Both the position numbers and the translations under genes were made by a program. DNA of 64,000 nt. It comes from Candidatus Poribacteria bacterium. Its GTDB lineage: Bacteria; Poribacteria; WGA-4E; PCPOR2b. Below the pieces are notes generated by a model that worked only from the letters and a program-made list of their open reading frames with translations, had not been told where the DNA came from and did not search any database. Numbering within the stretch: position 1 is the first letter of the stretch; the number at the start of each line of letters is the position of its first letter. Of the stretch, positions 17,226-30,103 are shown in pieces. The DNA lies in contig OZ244042.1 in assembly GCA_965215015.1 (NCBI GenBank), forward strand, positions 2,400,001 to 2,464,000. The letters are read 5' to 3'.

Positions 17226-18410
17226 ATGAAAATCAGAGGCCTCAAAACCTACAAATTCAACGTACCTATGGGTAAACCAGTTCGAGATCCACATACCGGC
17301 GAACTGTTAAGCAGCCTTTCCAAGCCTTGGCTATTTCTAAAAATTGAAACTGATGCTGGCATTGACGGTTGGGGTGAAGGCAGTGGTGAATGGCTGACGC
17401 TACCGGTCGAAGCGACCCTGCACGAATGGTCAAGCCTCCTAATCGATCAGAATCCACTGTTGATTGTAGCACTGACTGAGGACATTACGAACCGCCTACC
17501 GTGGAAGGGCGGTCCCGTATTCGGCACAGCCATCGCGGCAATTAACGCCGCCCTGTACGACATCGCGGGTAAAGCGTGGGGCGTACCGGTACACACCATC
17601 CTCGGTGGTAGGCGGCGGGACCGGATTCGCGTCTACTGCGGTGGGAATCTGTTTTCTACCCCAGAGGAGGCGGCAGACGCAGCACAAGAGGTGAAGGCGC
17701 AAGGATATGCTGGGGTCAAGAGCAACCCACTAGAAAGCCGCACCTGGCAGATGGATGAAGAAGCGGTTGAACACTCAACGGCGTGTGTGGGGGCGGCGCG
17801 TGAGGCGGTGGGACCGAATTTTGACATCCTGCTGGATGCACACGGGAGCCCGACGCCAGAGTTGAGTGTTAAATTTGCTCGGTGTGTTGCCCCATTCAAA
17901 CCATTGTTTCTGGAGGAACCGGTCAAGGTGGGTTCAATTGAAGCATTGATGGAGGTCACGCGGAAAAGCACAGTGCCGATTGCGACCGGCGAAAAGTTGT
18001 TCACGATTCGTGACTTTAAGCCGTTAATTGACAATCGAGCGTGTGCTGTCCTGCAGCCGGATGTCACACACTGTTTTGGGATTACTACGCTGGTCGATAT
18101 TGCCAAATTAGCGGCATCGGAACAAATGCTCATGGCACCACACAACGCCGGTGGTCCGCTCTGTTTTGCTGCAACGCTTCACGCCGATGCGGTCATGAAT
18201 AACTTTCTCATTCAGGAGACAAGCAGCCGGCTGTCACTATTCGATCGCTGCGTTGAACATGATTGGACGATAAAGGATGGGCACGTCAACCTCTCAGACG
18301 CACCGGGGCTAGGGATTTCAGTGAAGGAATCCGATCTTGGTGCTTTGCCTTATGAATCGTTGCCCTATCGGCAGTACCGACATGCGGATGGCAGTTGGAA
18401 GGGTTGGTGA
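17226..18410 (+). CDS. Enolase-superfamily acid-sugar dehydratase (galactonate dehydratase-like)
   Basis: ALYDIAGKAWGVPV, LDAHG, LEEP, ATGE, LQPD and APHN motifs. Confidence 0.88.
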   Translation: MKIRGLKTYKFNVPMGKPVRDPHTGELLSSLSKPWLFLKIETDAGIDGWGEGSGEWLTLPVEATLHEWSSLLIDQNPLLIVALTEDITNRLPWKGGPVFGTAIAAINAALYDIAGKAWGVPVHTILGGRRRDRIRVYCGGNLFSTPEEAADAAQEVKAQGYAGVKSNPLESRTWQMDEEAVEHSTACVGAAREAVGPNFDILLDAHGSPTPELSVKFARCVAPFKPLFLEEPVKVGSIEALMEVTRKSTVPIATGEKLFTIRDFKPLIDNRACAVLQPDVTHCFGITTLVDIAKLAASEQMLMAPHNAGGPLCFAATLHADAVMNNFLIQETSSRLSLFDRCVEHDWTIKDGHVNLSDAPGLGISVKESDLGALPYESLPYRQYRHADGSWKGW

Positions 18411-18511
18411 GCGATGCATTAAGAAATACAGTCTGCCGGTGAATAACAAGCGCGTAGGTTCTCGGTTTACCTGCGGAGATTAGCAGGTGTTAAAAGAAAG
18501 GAACTGCCACA

Positions 18512-19330
18512 ATGATTAAGCTCGGAATAATGGCGCGTGCTACGGATGAGGCCGTATTTCAAAACCACGTCCAATTCGCGCACGAATTGGGATTGGATGT
18601 CATTGATTTCCATCTATCGGGTTTACCGAGAGCCCCCGATTTTCTGCGCCGAATAAAGATCTTATGTATGCAGCACGGTTTACCCATCGGCTATCTGGGA
18701 GCCGGTAGTTTTGTGGGACCCGAGGAAGAGATGCAGCATGTAGTGGCGCGAGGCAAGGCAGATGTTGACCTGGCAGCGTTTCTATCAGCACAAATGATTC
18801 GCGTGTTTGCAAGATACAAATGGCCAGATACCGTTGAGGAACAAGAAGCCTTGTGGGGGCCGATGATCGCTCGTTTCCAAGAACTATCTGACTATGCAGC
18901 GGAGAAAGGTGTCTTCTTAGGGCTGCAGAATCATAACAACGGCAGTTTTGCGATGACAGCGGATCAGGTTTTGCACATCCTGCGGGAGACGGACCGTGAA
19001 AACTTTACCTTTATTATGGATACCGGTCAATGGTTGAATGCCATTGGATCGCATCCCCGCGGCGAGTTTGATCCAAACGTAAATCTCTACAAAGACTACC
19101 TGGAGCCGACCGTCCCATACGCGACCTACGTCCGTGCCAAAATTTACAAAATTGACAGCGGACGGGAAGAATGGCTTGATTACAGACGGATTCTAAAAAT
19201 TTTGAAGGCGGTGGGCTTTAATGGCAATATGTCCATCGTATTTGAAGGTGGTGACCGCAATAGATACGATACGGACGCGTGCCTTAGACTTGCCGTCACG
19301 CATCTACGCGAGTTGCTCGCTGACTACTAG
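18512..19330 (+). CDS. Sugar phosphate isomerase/epimerase (xylose isomerase-like TIM barrel)
   Basis: IRVF, LGLQNH, MDTG, LDY.RI and GFNGNMSIVFEG motifs. Confidence 0.82.
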   Translation: MIKLGIMARATDEAVFQNHVQFAHELGLDVIDFHLSGLPRAPDFLRRIKILCMQHGLPIGYLGAGSFVGPEEEMQHVVARGKADVDLAAFLSAQMIRVFARYKWPDTVEEQEALWGPMIARFQELSDYAAEKGVFLGLQNHNNGSFAMTADQVLHILRETDRENFTFIMDTGQWLNAIGSHPRGEFDPNVNLYKDYLEPTVPYATYVRAKIYKIDSGREEWLDYRRILKILKAVGFNGNMSIVFEGGDRNRYDTDACLRLAVTHLRELLADY

Positions 19331-19374
19331 CTTATTTCAGTTGTCCGAGGATGTTCTGTTTTAGGGAGGAATGG

Positions 19375-20199
19375 ATGATTATTGATACACATTTACACGT
19401 TTGGAGTGAGGACTTCTCTCGTTATCCATTTACCGATGGGAGACAAACGGATGAAGGCGCACCGGTTGAGTTGCTAAACGAGGTGATGGCTGAGACAGGG
19501 GTGGATAGAGCCGTTATCGTTCAGCCAATCTATTATCTCTATGACAACCGATATGTAGCGGAATGTCTTCGACGCTTCCCGGGGAAATTTGCGGCAATCG
19601 GGTTGGTGAATCGTCTCGCCCCTGATGCGCCGGACCAACTTGAACGTTTAGTCATGGAAGATGGATTCGGGGGGCTGCGGATACATTTGGCACGGGTCGA
19701 CGACCCCGCGGAATGGGCGGCACCCGACCAGGACCCAATATGGCGACGTGCTGAGGATTTGGGAGTCTGTTTCATTGTGTACGGTCCAGCGACCCATTTG
19801 CCCGCTGTCGAGCCCATCATCGCCCGTTTTCCAAATGTCCCCGTTGTGCTAGATCATATCGGTGGAGCACCGACGGACGAAGACCCACCGTATCCACTTC
19901 TCAGCAACGTGCTAAACCTAGCGCGGTATCCACAGGTCTATGTGAAATTCACCCCCCAATCCCATAAGTCGAAGCTGCCATATCCGCACGAGGATACATT
20001 TCCTACGTTTCGCCGTCTATACGATGCCTTCGGACCGGAACGGTTGATGTGGGGGACAAACTTTCCGGGCGTACTCAGAGGAGTTGGGTATCTGCCTGCA
20101 TTGGAGATGTTCAGAACGCATCTGGACTTTCTCACGGATTCAGACAAAGAGTGGTTGTTCTGCAAGGCAGCGTTGAAGGTGTGGAAGTTTAGGGATTGA
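19375..20199 (+). CDS. Amidohydrolase_2 family (sugar lactonase-like)
   Basis: IIDTHLHVW, VVLDHIG and FGPERLMWGTNFP motifs. Confidence 0.88.
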   Translation: MIIDTHLHVWSEDFSRYPFTDGRQTDEGAPVELLNEVMAETGVDRAVIVQPIYYLYDNRYVAECLRRFPGKFAAIGLVNRLAPDAPDQLERLVMEDGFGGLRIHLARVDDPAEWAAPDQDPIWRRAEDLGVCFIVYGPATHLPAVEPIIARFPNVPVVLDHIGGAPTDEDPPYPLLSNVLNLARYPQVYVKFTPQSHKSKLPYPHEDTFPTFRRLYDAFGPERLMWGTNFPGVLRGVGYLPALEMFRTHLDFLTDSDKEWLFCKAALKVWKFRD

Positions 20200-20486
20200 T
20201 GAACAATCCCTAAAGAAGGGGGACGATGCCTTGCTAGGTTCTGTTGGCGTTAGCGGGCGGGTGCGTATCAGTCCAGAATCGAGCGGTGCATTGCGACGGT
20301 CGCAACGCTTTGGACGAGCACATTGTAGCTGGCGTCTGTTTCTATTATAGCTGTCTTAAAGTAGTAGGCATACTCTGTATGCCGTGCCCGTTGTGCAAAT
20401 GATGGCACGACGGATTGTGCCTACTACTATATGCTACTGTTGGTGCATTACGCGTCACACTTCACACAATCTTGCGAGGTGTTAAG

Positions 20487-21548
20487 ATGAATTTTGAACC
20501 GACCGATCAAGATATTGTCGTTAATGCTGATGGATTAAAGGAGTTTGCTAGTCAATTGTATCAAAAAGCAGGCGTCCCACGATCGGATGCCGATGCTGTT
20601 GCACATCTGCAAGTTGAGACGGATCTGCACGGCATCCATTCCCACGGAACTCGGGCGCTGGCTGGCTACGTCCGAAGCATTCTAGCCGGAAGAATCAATC
20701 CTACTCCGAATCTCACGATTACCCGTGAGGGACCCGCATTTGCACGTGTCAACGGCGATCGTGCGTTGGGACATGTGGTTGGTAAGTTCTCAATGGAGTT
20801 AGCAATCGAAAAGGCGAAGAGTGCCGGTATCGGTGCCGTGGGTGCATATGCCACCAATCACTTCGGTGCTGCGAGTGCCACCGCGATGCTTGCCCTTAAA
20901 CATGGCATGATTGGGTTTAGCACATCAACTAGTGGTCCAGGAGTTGCGCCCTTTGGGGGCAAGACGGGCGTTGTCGGAAACAATCCGTTTTCTTATGCTA
21001 TTCCCGCGAAGACGGAGCCGCCCATTCTCCTTGATATGGCGTGTGGCGTTTCGGCGTGGGGTAGGGTTGGCACGAGGCGGTTATACGGAGAGAGGTTGAC
21101 CTCCGGCTGGGTGTTGGATGAAGAGGGCAAGGAGACGGACGACCCCAGCAAAGCACATGTCCTGTTGCCGATGGGTGGTGCAAAAGGGTACGCCCTTGCA
21201 TTGGTGGTGGACGCACTGGCAGGTCCCTTGACAGGCATGATTGCAACTGTCAATCAGACAGGCGATGTTCCGCTTGACAAACAGGGATCAGGGCTGTTCT
21301 ACTACGCAATTAATATTGATAGCTTTGTGCCGCTTGACGAGTTCACCGAGGAGATTGATCGGGAGATTCGTGTACTTCGGTCAAGTCCCCCTGCCGAGGG
21401 GTTTGATCGGGTCTATTTTCCCGGCGAGTTGGAGGCGATGAAACATGCCCAGTGGACCAAGAACGGGCTCCCGTTACATCGGGATCATTTGCAGGGATTG
21501 GCGGATTTGGCAGATGAACTAGGTGTCCCCATATTCTGGAAAGCGTAA
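20487..21548 (+). CDS. Ldh_2 family (type 2 malate/L-lactate/sulfolactate dehydrogenase-like) oxidoreductase
   Basis: DLHGIHSHG, NHFG, GNNPF, LDMA and GGAKGYAL motifs. Confidence 0.9.
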   Translation: MNFEPTDQDIVVNADGLKEFASQLYQKAGVPRSDADAVAHLQVETDLHGIHSHGTRALAGYVRSILAGRINPTPNLTITREGPAFARVNGDRALGHVVGKFSMELAIEKAKSAGIGAVGAYATNHFGAASATAMLALKHGMIGFSTSTSGPGVAPFGGKTGVVGNNPFSYAIPAKTEPPILLDMACGVSAWGRVGTRRLYGERLTSGWVLDEEGKETDDPSKAHVLLPMGGAKGYALALVVDALAGPLTGMIATVNQTGDVPLDKQGSGLFYYAINIDSFVPLDEFTEEIDREIRVLRSSPPAEGFDRVYFPGELEAMKHAQWTKNGLPLHRDHLQGLADLADELGVPIFWKA

Positions 21549-21569
21549 GGTATATCATACTCTAAGTTG

Positions 21570-22105
21570 TTAGGTTCTGTTGAGATTTGACAGTAGGTTG
21601 GGTTAAACGGTTAAAAGCAAATCCATATCAACTACAATAGCGATTCTGCTTTTCAACAACGGTTTCTTATTATTTAAGACTTCGCTGTTGACCCCTCAAA
21701 GCCTCGTAGTTGGGTGATTCGTCACCCCATAACACGACTCACAAGGTCCGATGAATCGGGCAACTCCAGTGTAGCCGACAGGAGTCGGCACGCTCCCGTG
21801 CCGACTCCCCTCGAATCCCGAATACCCACACGGTATCAGCCCCCTAAAAACCCCACCCCCCCAAGCGAGGGAAAATCGGCTCAATGAACCTGTTTCCCCT
21901 GCTTGCGGGGGGACACCCCACCGGGTTTTAGCGGGGAAGAGGGGACGGCATACAGCGTATGCCTACTCCCTTAAGGACGCGCAATGAATTGTGCGACTGC
22001 AAACGGAAGTACATAATTCCTAACAGTAAGCCCCAACTGTATAATGGCTTGTGTAGGTTGATTTTCCAAAATCGACGTTTCGGTGTTGAAATATGAATCT
22101 TGAAT
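21570..22105. repeat. Cluster of GTAG-type REP palindromes and mosaic repeat modules
   Basis: taggttctgttgag end, gtaggttgggttaaacgg, ccgatgaatcgggcaact and gtaggttgattttccaaaatcgac, each seen elsewhere in the window. Confidence 0.75.
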
Positions 22106-22168
22106 AGCGAATTGGGATAAGTAGTAACTTGCCTTACAATAAACATATTTAGGAGGAAATCGAAGAGA

Positions 22169-23179
22169 ATGAAATCAAGGTTATTATTATTAATCGTCTG
22201 CTTGCTCTTTTTTACGCTAATGGTGATACCGCTCGAATCTAACGGACACAGTGTGGAAATATACAGTGTACAAATGAGTGATGAGGATCCCATCGTCCGC
22301 CGCGCCGCTGCCGAACAATTGGTTCGGGTGAGTAAAAACCACGCGGAAACCGTGCTACCATTACTAGTAAAGGCATTAAAGGACGAAGATAAACATGTTC
22401 GTCGCTACACGGCGATGGCACTTGGTACAATGGGTAAACCTGCCATAGATGCTATTCCTGCATTAATCGAAGCACTAAAGGCTGAAGAAGATGTGACAGT
22501 CCGTTCCAAAATTGCTGAATTATTGGGGCGGTTTGGCAAGAATCACACGCAAGATGTCGTTCCGGCACTGATAACAGCCTTAAAAGATAAAGATCCATGG
22601 GTGCGTTCCAAGGTTGCGACGGCATTAGGTAAGCTTGGTGAACCAGCACACGAGGCTATCCCTGCATTGATAGCAGCATTACAGGACGAGGATGAAGGGG
22701 TACGCCGCAGGACTGCTGAAGCACTTGGAGGGATTGGTGAACCAGCACACGAGGCTATCCCTGCATTGATAGCAGCATTGCAGGACGAGGATAAGGGAGT
22801 GGGCCGCTACGCTGCCGCCGCGTTGGGACGGATAGGTAAAACAGCACAAGCAGCTGTGGCGGCATTAACGCAAGCACTGAAGGAGGAAGATGAAAAGATT
22901 GCTCTTGCCGCTGCCATTGCTCTAGGGCGAATCGGTGAGCCTGTTGAAGAGGCCATCTCAATGTTGATAGATGCTTTACAGACGAAAGAGTGGCATATTC
23001 GTGAAGAAGCGGTTACGGCCCTGGGTGGTGTGGCGGATTCTGCTCAAGGTATCGTGCCTGTGTTGATAGGGGCATTGGAGGATGAGCATAAAGGTGTTCG
23101 TTACCATGCTCTCGAAGCATTAATAGAGATAGACACGCCAGAAGCAACAAAAGCGGTCGAAGAATTTAGAAAAAAATAG
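22169..23179 (+). CDS. Secreted HEAT/PBS-lyase repeat protein
   Basis: Signal peptide; about nine AIPALIxALxDED..VR..AAxALG repeats. Confidence 0.92.
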   Translation: MKSRLLLLIVCLLFFTLMVIPLESNGHSVEIYSVQMSDEDPIVRRAAAEQLVRVSKNHAETVLPLLVKALKDEDKHVRRYTAMALGTMGKPAIDAIPALIEALKAEEDVTVRSKIAELLGRFGKNHTQDVVPALITALKDKDPWVRSKVATALGKLGEPAHEAIPALIAALQDEDEGVRRRTAEALGGIGEPAHEAIPALIAALQDEDKGVGRYAAAALGRIGKTAQAAVAALTQALKEEDEKIALAAAIALGRIGEPVEEAISMLIDALQTKEWHIREEAVTALGGVADSAQGIVPVLIGALEDEHKGVRYHALEALIEIDTPEATKAVEEFRKK

Positions 23180-23190
23180 TGAAAAGAAAT

Positions 23191-23710
23191 ATAGTGAATC
23201 CTACAATTAATGATACATATTGATAATATCCTCAAGGTGTCTATCAGCATTGTATGAACGGTGCCTCTGGAGATTGGCAGAATCGTGTTCAACGGGATTA
23301 TAATCAGGCGAATAAGGTGGCAAGTATACCAACGCCGCGCACACCCTTCTATCAATGCCCGAGTCTCAACCGTCCTGTGAATACGCGCATTATCCATTAT
23401 CACCACACTCTTGGCGTCCAAAAGTGGACATAACTCCTCATCAAGCCATGTGTTGAAACTTTTGGTATGACAACCCCCGATACTCACCTCAGGGCAGTCA
23501 ACTGATTGTTCGGCCGCGCCGCTATCAAAGTCATCGGCCGCGTTTTCTGACTGGATAGCAAGCCATGGACGGATTCGCCCCGGGGGCATAACCATAATTT
23601 CTGAAAGTTTCATCTTGGAAACTGGTCTCGTCAATGTAAACTATGGTTTTGTCAGAGGTCTCTGCGGCTGCGAGTTGCTGCCGATAGGCTGCCCGTTTTT
23701 TTGAACATTA
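23191..23710 (-). pseudogene. IS630-family transposase remnant
   Basis: FNTWLDEELCP...VVIMDNARIH, then after a frameshift YLPPYSPDYNPVE; upstream VYIDET. Confidence 0.85.
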
Positions 23711-24038
23711 CTCCTTACCGGCCGATTCTATTAAACCTCAACAAAAAGATCCTATAAAATAGAATAAAAACAAATTACTATTAATTGAACCAGGAATAGG
23801 GGTATTCAATATACGAATAAGTAATAAGAAAGCTAATGTGTTAAAGCTCTATTCTATGCTCTATTCTATAACGAACCTTTCATGAATCAAGGGGATCTCT
23901 TAGGATATATGATCCCAAATATAGGGGTGTTTGGAGTCAGCTTTGATGCTGAAAGCTTTGTAGACAGTATTCTAATTATGGATCCTAACGAAGCAAAAAC
24001 GGCAGACGGAAATGGTATTGGTTCTACAGTTTAAAAAA

Positions 24039-24300
24039 TAGGGTTACGCACTTGAGTTTGTCGTAACGCCCTTTAACCCCCATCACGATAGACGCTAAAT
24101 CGCTAACTGTCACCACCTGATTCATCGGGCGTCAAGAGGCATGTTCACCTAATCTGTAATCGTTGCACAGGGCCTGCCCTCGCTGAAATCGGGGTTGCCT
24201 AAACTGCCAAATGCACCCACATAGGCCTTCTGCCTGTCAATTTTCCACAATCGAGACTATAGACATTTGGGGGTCGAAATATGAATCTTGACCTATTTAT
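24039..24300. repeat. Mosaic repeat (TAGGGTTACGCA end plus shared modules)
   Basis: aacccccatcacgatagacg shared with ~57438; 24148-24210 matches the reverse complement of ~46432-46494. Confidence 0.7.
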
Positions 24301-24464
24301 GCAAATTACGGTACCCACCAATATTTGCGTTGAAAACAAAAACAGGCTCAACTCTGCGGTGAACAGAGCGAGCCTGCGATAAACTTTACAAAATACAGGT
24401 CAGGTCAATCGGGATAACAAGCAGTGTGTGACGGCGACCATGCAGTGCCCCTACCCCGCCGAGA

Positions 24465-26672
<2,208 letters not shown>

Positions 26673-26944
26673 CTATGTAGTTAGGGTAGTTTGATTAAAC
26701 AATCAAGGTTAATGTTAAACAATCGTGCAACAGAGTCCGAGTTTTTCCGAAAAAAAACTCAGACTCAAATACCAATCGTGTTGGACTCTGGTTTTTGATC
26801 TGTTGAAAATACTTCGTATGTTGCGCTATGGCATACCCGACACCGTTATGCACGTTGCGCGAGATTCCGGGTATTTTTGCACTTTCTTTTTACATGACCC
26901 ACCTGTTTTTGAAACCTACTTTGAGGGTTCATTGGTTCAAAAAT

Positions 26945-27523
26945 TCATCTAATATACCAATGAACCCAGGCAAGCAGATCCGGGAGCGATGCCCACCATG
27001 CCTCCGTTGCACTGACGTGCAACAGGTGGGTATTGCCCGGCACATCGTTCGCCCCCAAGCCGCGCTCAATAATCTGCGTATGTGGGTCTTCCTCTAGCTG
27101 CTTGGCGAGTCTATCTTCCAATCGCTTACGTGAGCGAATTGCGACGAGCCCCACAAGCTCCACCGATGGCAAATCTAAGAGGAAATCAACGTTCCAGTGC
27201 AAGGTTTTGCCCCGTTGTGGCAATAGATTCCCGTTTCCCAAACCGCGTTCAGCAAATCGACGGAGCATCGTCTCGCGGATAGGATGTGGGTGTTGATCAC
27301 CGCTCCGCGTTGCGTGTCGAATGAGCCGCCGCGCCAAGGTGGTCGGTCCCTTCTCTGCGAGTGCGGAGCCGACATAAGCGTATTCACCAGCGGGCAGTGC
27401 AATCAACTTCCCTTTCTTGAACCGTCCGAATCGTAAGATAGCACCCTTTTTGAGGTGAATCCGCAGGATATAGGTTCCGGCCCGTGATTCATCGCCGATT
27501 ATAAGGATGCTTGGAGTTTCCAT
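26945..27523 (-). CDS. GIY-YIG (Uri superfamily, DUF123-like) endonuclease
   Basis: GTYIL...GEYAYVGSA...RLIRH...LHWNVDFLL...GLGAND. Confidence 0.8.
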   Translation of the reverse strand: METPSILIIGDESRAGTYILRIHLKKGAILRFGRFKKGKLIALPAGEYAYVGSALAEKGPTTLARRLIRHATRSGDQHPHPIRETMLRRFAERGLGNGNLLPQRGKTLHWNVDFLLDLPSVELVGLVAIRSRKRLEDRLAKQLEEDPHTQIIERGLGANDVPGNTHLLHVSATEAWWASLPDLLAWVHWYIR

Positions 27524-27588
27524 TAAATCACCGAGTGTATCATCGGTTTACGTCGTCCTGTTCTCTTTGAGTCAATCAATTAACCAGT

Positions 27589-28020
27589 CTATTCAGGTTG
27601 TCTTTTCATCTGAAAGTGTGTAGAGTTTTCATCCATGATTGTGAATCCTAGTCTTTGGTAGAAGGCGGTAGCACGGGTGTTAATCTTCAGCACCTGAAGC
27701 GTCACAGGTTTTTGTTCAAAAATAATACGGGTCATACACGCCGACCCGATTCCCCTTCCTTGGTACTCAGGCAGGATATAGAGCTGATTGACCTTGAGGG
27801 TGTCGGGAGTGGCAGATGTTGACAAGAAACCGACGTCGGTTCCGTGAAACTGGATGATGCGAAGATCCTGTGAAGCGAATCGCCCATTGTGCAAATCCCT
27901 TTGATAGGCCTCATCCCACCCCCAGATTTGCTCCACATATTCTCGGAATGCCGCCTTCTTTACGGCAAAAACAAATTCGCTGTCGGTTGCCTGGGCCTTG
28001 CGTACCTTCAACGCTTCCAC
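27589..28020 (-). CDS. GNAT family N-acetyltransferase
   Basis: LYILPEYQGRGIGS and NTRATAFYQRLGF. Confidence 0.9.
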   Translation of the reverse strand: MEALKVRKAQATDSEFVFAVKKAAFREYVEQIWGWDEAYQRDLHNGRFASQDLRIIQFHGTDVGFLSTSATPDTLKVNQLYILPEYQGRGIGSACMTRIIFEQKPVTLQVLKINTRATAFYQRLGFTIMDENSTHFQMKRQPE

Positions 28021-28166
28021 TCAAGATCTCCATGTCCGTGTGATTGCAGATAACCCAGATTAGAAAATCCGCGCCCACGACTCGAAGCCCTATCCACCCG
28101 ATGGCCTTGACCTAATAGCATCGGTTCTAATCCGGTATAGAACTGTTTCCAAAGACTGGATTTAAG

Positions 28167-28595
28167 TCAACTTCGATTGATTGCACATGTTGGACATAAG
28201 CCGTATAGCTCTAGTTTGTATCCTTGAACTTCAAACCCTCTGGCTTTGAACTGATGCGTATTAAGCGGTTCAGAGAGCGGTGCGTCAACATCGAGTAACT
28301 GATCGCAATCAGTACAGATCAGGTGGTAATGCTCTGCGAGGTTTGCGTCAAAGCGGGCATATTCACCGTGCTCGACCTTGAGGATTAAACCGAGCTCGAC
28401 CAAAACGCCGAGGCTCCGATAGACAGTGCCCAAGCTGATATTTGGCAGACGGACCTTCACCGCATCATAAACCTCTTTCGCGCTTGGGTGATATTGCTGC
28501 CGTCGCACTTCTTCGAGAATAATCCGGCGTTGACGGGTAAATCGATAGCCTTCCTGCCTGAGCCCTTCACTTAATTCTTTCACATTAGCACGCAT
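28167..28595 (-). CDS. Fur family transcriptional regulator (PerR-like)
   Basis: TRQR..IL, HPSA, ISLGTVYRSL, HYHLICTDC and GLCPTC. Confidence 0.9.
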   Translation of the reverse strand: MRANVKELSEGLRQEGYRFTRQRRIILEEVRRQQYHPSAKEVYDAVKVRLPNISLGTVYRSLGVLVELGLILKVEHGEYARFDANLAEHYHLICTDCDQLLDVDAPLSEPLNTHQFKARGFEVQGYKLELYGLCPTCAINRS

Positions 28596-28610
28596 AATAG
28601 GTTTTATTTA

Positions 28611-28944
28611 TAGGACTTACGCAGTTGAACGCTCAACCCCAACACCAGACAAGGGCGCGCAATGCTTATCGTTGGTTGCAAACCCCCGGACTCTCGCGCA
28701 ATGTTCCGGGTGGATTGAGCCAATCGTGGGGCGCAACAGTGTCAGGTATTCTATTGCGCTAGAGTCAGGTATCCTCGGTGATTCATTGCCAGAGATAACA
28801 ACTCCTGACGCCCGATAAATCGGGCAACTACAGCAAGGACTCCATCAATGGACGCGTGGGAACGCAAATCTGCCTTCCCTACACCAGTTGACGCCTACCA
28901 ACTTCAAAGGAATAAATACTAACTGAGGGGTGTGCATAATGCCA
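28611..28944. mobile_element. MITE-like element (TAGGACTTACGCA end) in the fur 5' region
   Basis: Same left end as 2448 and 46106; internal caaaaccccggact..ggattga..ccaatcgtggggc module shared with ~30383; right end degenerate. Confidence 0.65.
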
Positions 28945-28971
28945 TATTAGTAATAATTCCTATTACTAATA
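28945..28971. promoter_or_regulatory. Perfect 11-5-11 palindrome, probable Fur/PerR-type operator
   Basis: TATTAGTAATA-ATTCC-TATTACTAATA at the predicted TSS. Confidence 0.65.
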
Positions 28972-28977
28972 GATGTA

Positions 28978-29006
28978 ATTATATCAGAAAAAAATTAACA
29001 GGTCAA
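28978..29006 (-). promoter_or_regulatory. Sigma70 promoter for the fur gene
   Basis: TTGACC, 17 bp spacer, TGn-TATAAT on the minus strand. Confidence 0.7.
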
Positions 29007-29038
29007 GCCAAAAATGAGGTTTTTCCACGAAAAGGATA

Positions 29039-30103
29039 TTAAGCAAGCGCATTCACCACAGCGTTGCCGACCTGTGAGGTTGTGGCTTGACCGCCGAGGT
29101 CCGGCGGGAGGGTTTTGCCCTTCTCGACCACCTTTAGTACGGCTGCGTCTATGGTGTCCGCTGCCTCCACCTCACCGACGAAGCGCAGCATCATTGAACC
29201 GGACGTAATTGCCGCCAGTGGGTTGGCGATACCTTGCCCCATAATATCCGGTGCACTGCCGTGAACCGGCTCGAACATTGACGGGAATCGGCGTTGTGGG
29301 TCGATATTGCCGCTCGGGGCCAATCCCATGCTGCCGGTGATAATCGCGCCGATGTCCGTGAGGATATCCCCAAACAGGTTGCTAGCAACTACCACATCGA
29401 AGCCCTCTGGTCTCCGGACGAAATCCATACATGCTGCGTCCACAAGCAACGATTCCGTCTCAATGTCGGGATACTTTGTCGCCACTCGCTCGAAGGCGGT
29501 ATCCCATACAATCATGCCGTAGCCTTGCGCGTTCGACTTGGTGACCGAAGTAACTTTGCGCTTCTTATTTCGCGCCCGCGCTTGCTCAAAGGCGTAGGTA
29601 ATAACGCGCTCGCTGCCGTGGCGGGTGAATACACCGACCTGCACACCAATCTCTTCGGGGAACCCTTGATACTGAAATCCACCGACGTTGGCATACTCGC
29701 CCTCTGTGTTTTCCCGTATCACTAGCAGATCAATGTCCCACGCCCCTTTGCCTTTCAGCGGTGCATTGATGCCGGGATAGAGAACACTTGGTCGCTCGCA
29801 GACGTACTGATCGAATCTGCGCCGAATAGGCAGCAAAAGCCCGTTGAGTGTTAGATGGTCTTGGATGTCGGGGTGCCCGACCGCGCCAAGATAGATCTGG
29901 TCAAACTCTGCCAACGTATCGAGGGCATCGGTTGGCATCATGTGCCCATGCTTGAAGTAGTAGTCTGAACCCCAAGGAAACTCGACAAAGTCCCATTCGA
30001 TGTCATACCTGTCGGCGATGGCGTTGAGTATCTTGAGCCCCTCTTCCATCACCTCGATCCCAATCCCGTCTCCTCGAATAACTGCAATTTTGTATTGAGT
30101 CAT
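29039..30103 (-). CDS. Tartrate dehydrogenase/decarboxylase (D-malate dehydrogenase; isocitrate/isopropylmalate DH family)
   Basis: GDGIGIEV, RENTEGEY, TKSNA, SNLFGDILTD and FEPVHGSAPDI; start taken at MTQYKI. Confidence 0.88.
   Translation of the reverse strand: MTQYKIAVIRGDGIGIEVMEEGLKILNAIADRYDIEWDFVEFPWGSDYYFKHGHMMPTDALDTLAEFDQIYLGAVGHPDIQDHLTLNGLLLPIRRRFDQYVCERPSVLYPGINAPLKGKGAWDIDLLVIRENTEGEYANVGGFQYQGFPEEIGVQVGVFTRHGSERVITYAFEQARARNKKRKVTSVTKSNAQGYGMIVWDTAFERVATKYPDIETESLLVDAACMDFVRRPEGFDVVVASNLFGDILTDIGAIITGSMGLAPSGNIDPQRRFPSMFEPVHGSAPDIMGQGIANPLAAITSGSMMLRFVGEVEAADTIDAAVLKVVEKGKTLPPDLGGQATTSQVGNAVVNALA

Noticed and set aside
26691-26706. FNR box upstream of katG
   Set aside because: TTGAT and ATCAA are separated by 6 bp, not 4
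26945-27523. GIY-YIG protein as a free-standing homing endonuclease for the tmRNA intron
   Set aside because: About 11 kb away and has DUF123/Uri features of stand-alone repair-type nucleases; no evidence of a link
26945-28166. Integron cassette array of small co-oriented genes
   Set aside because: No attC-like structures or integron integrase seen
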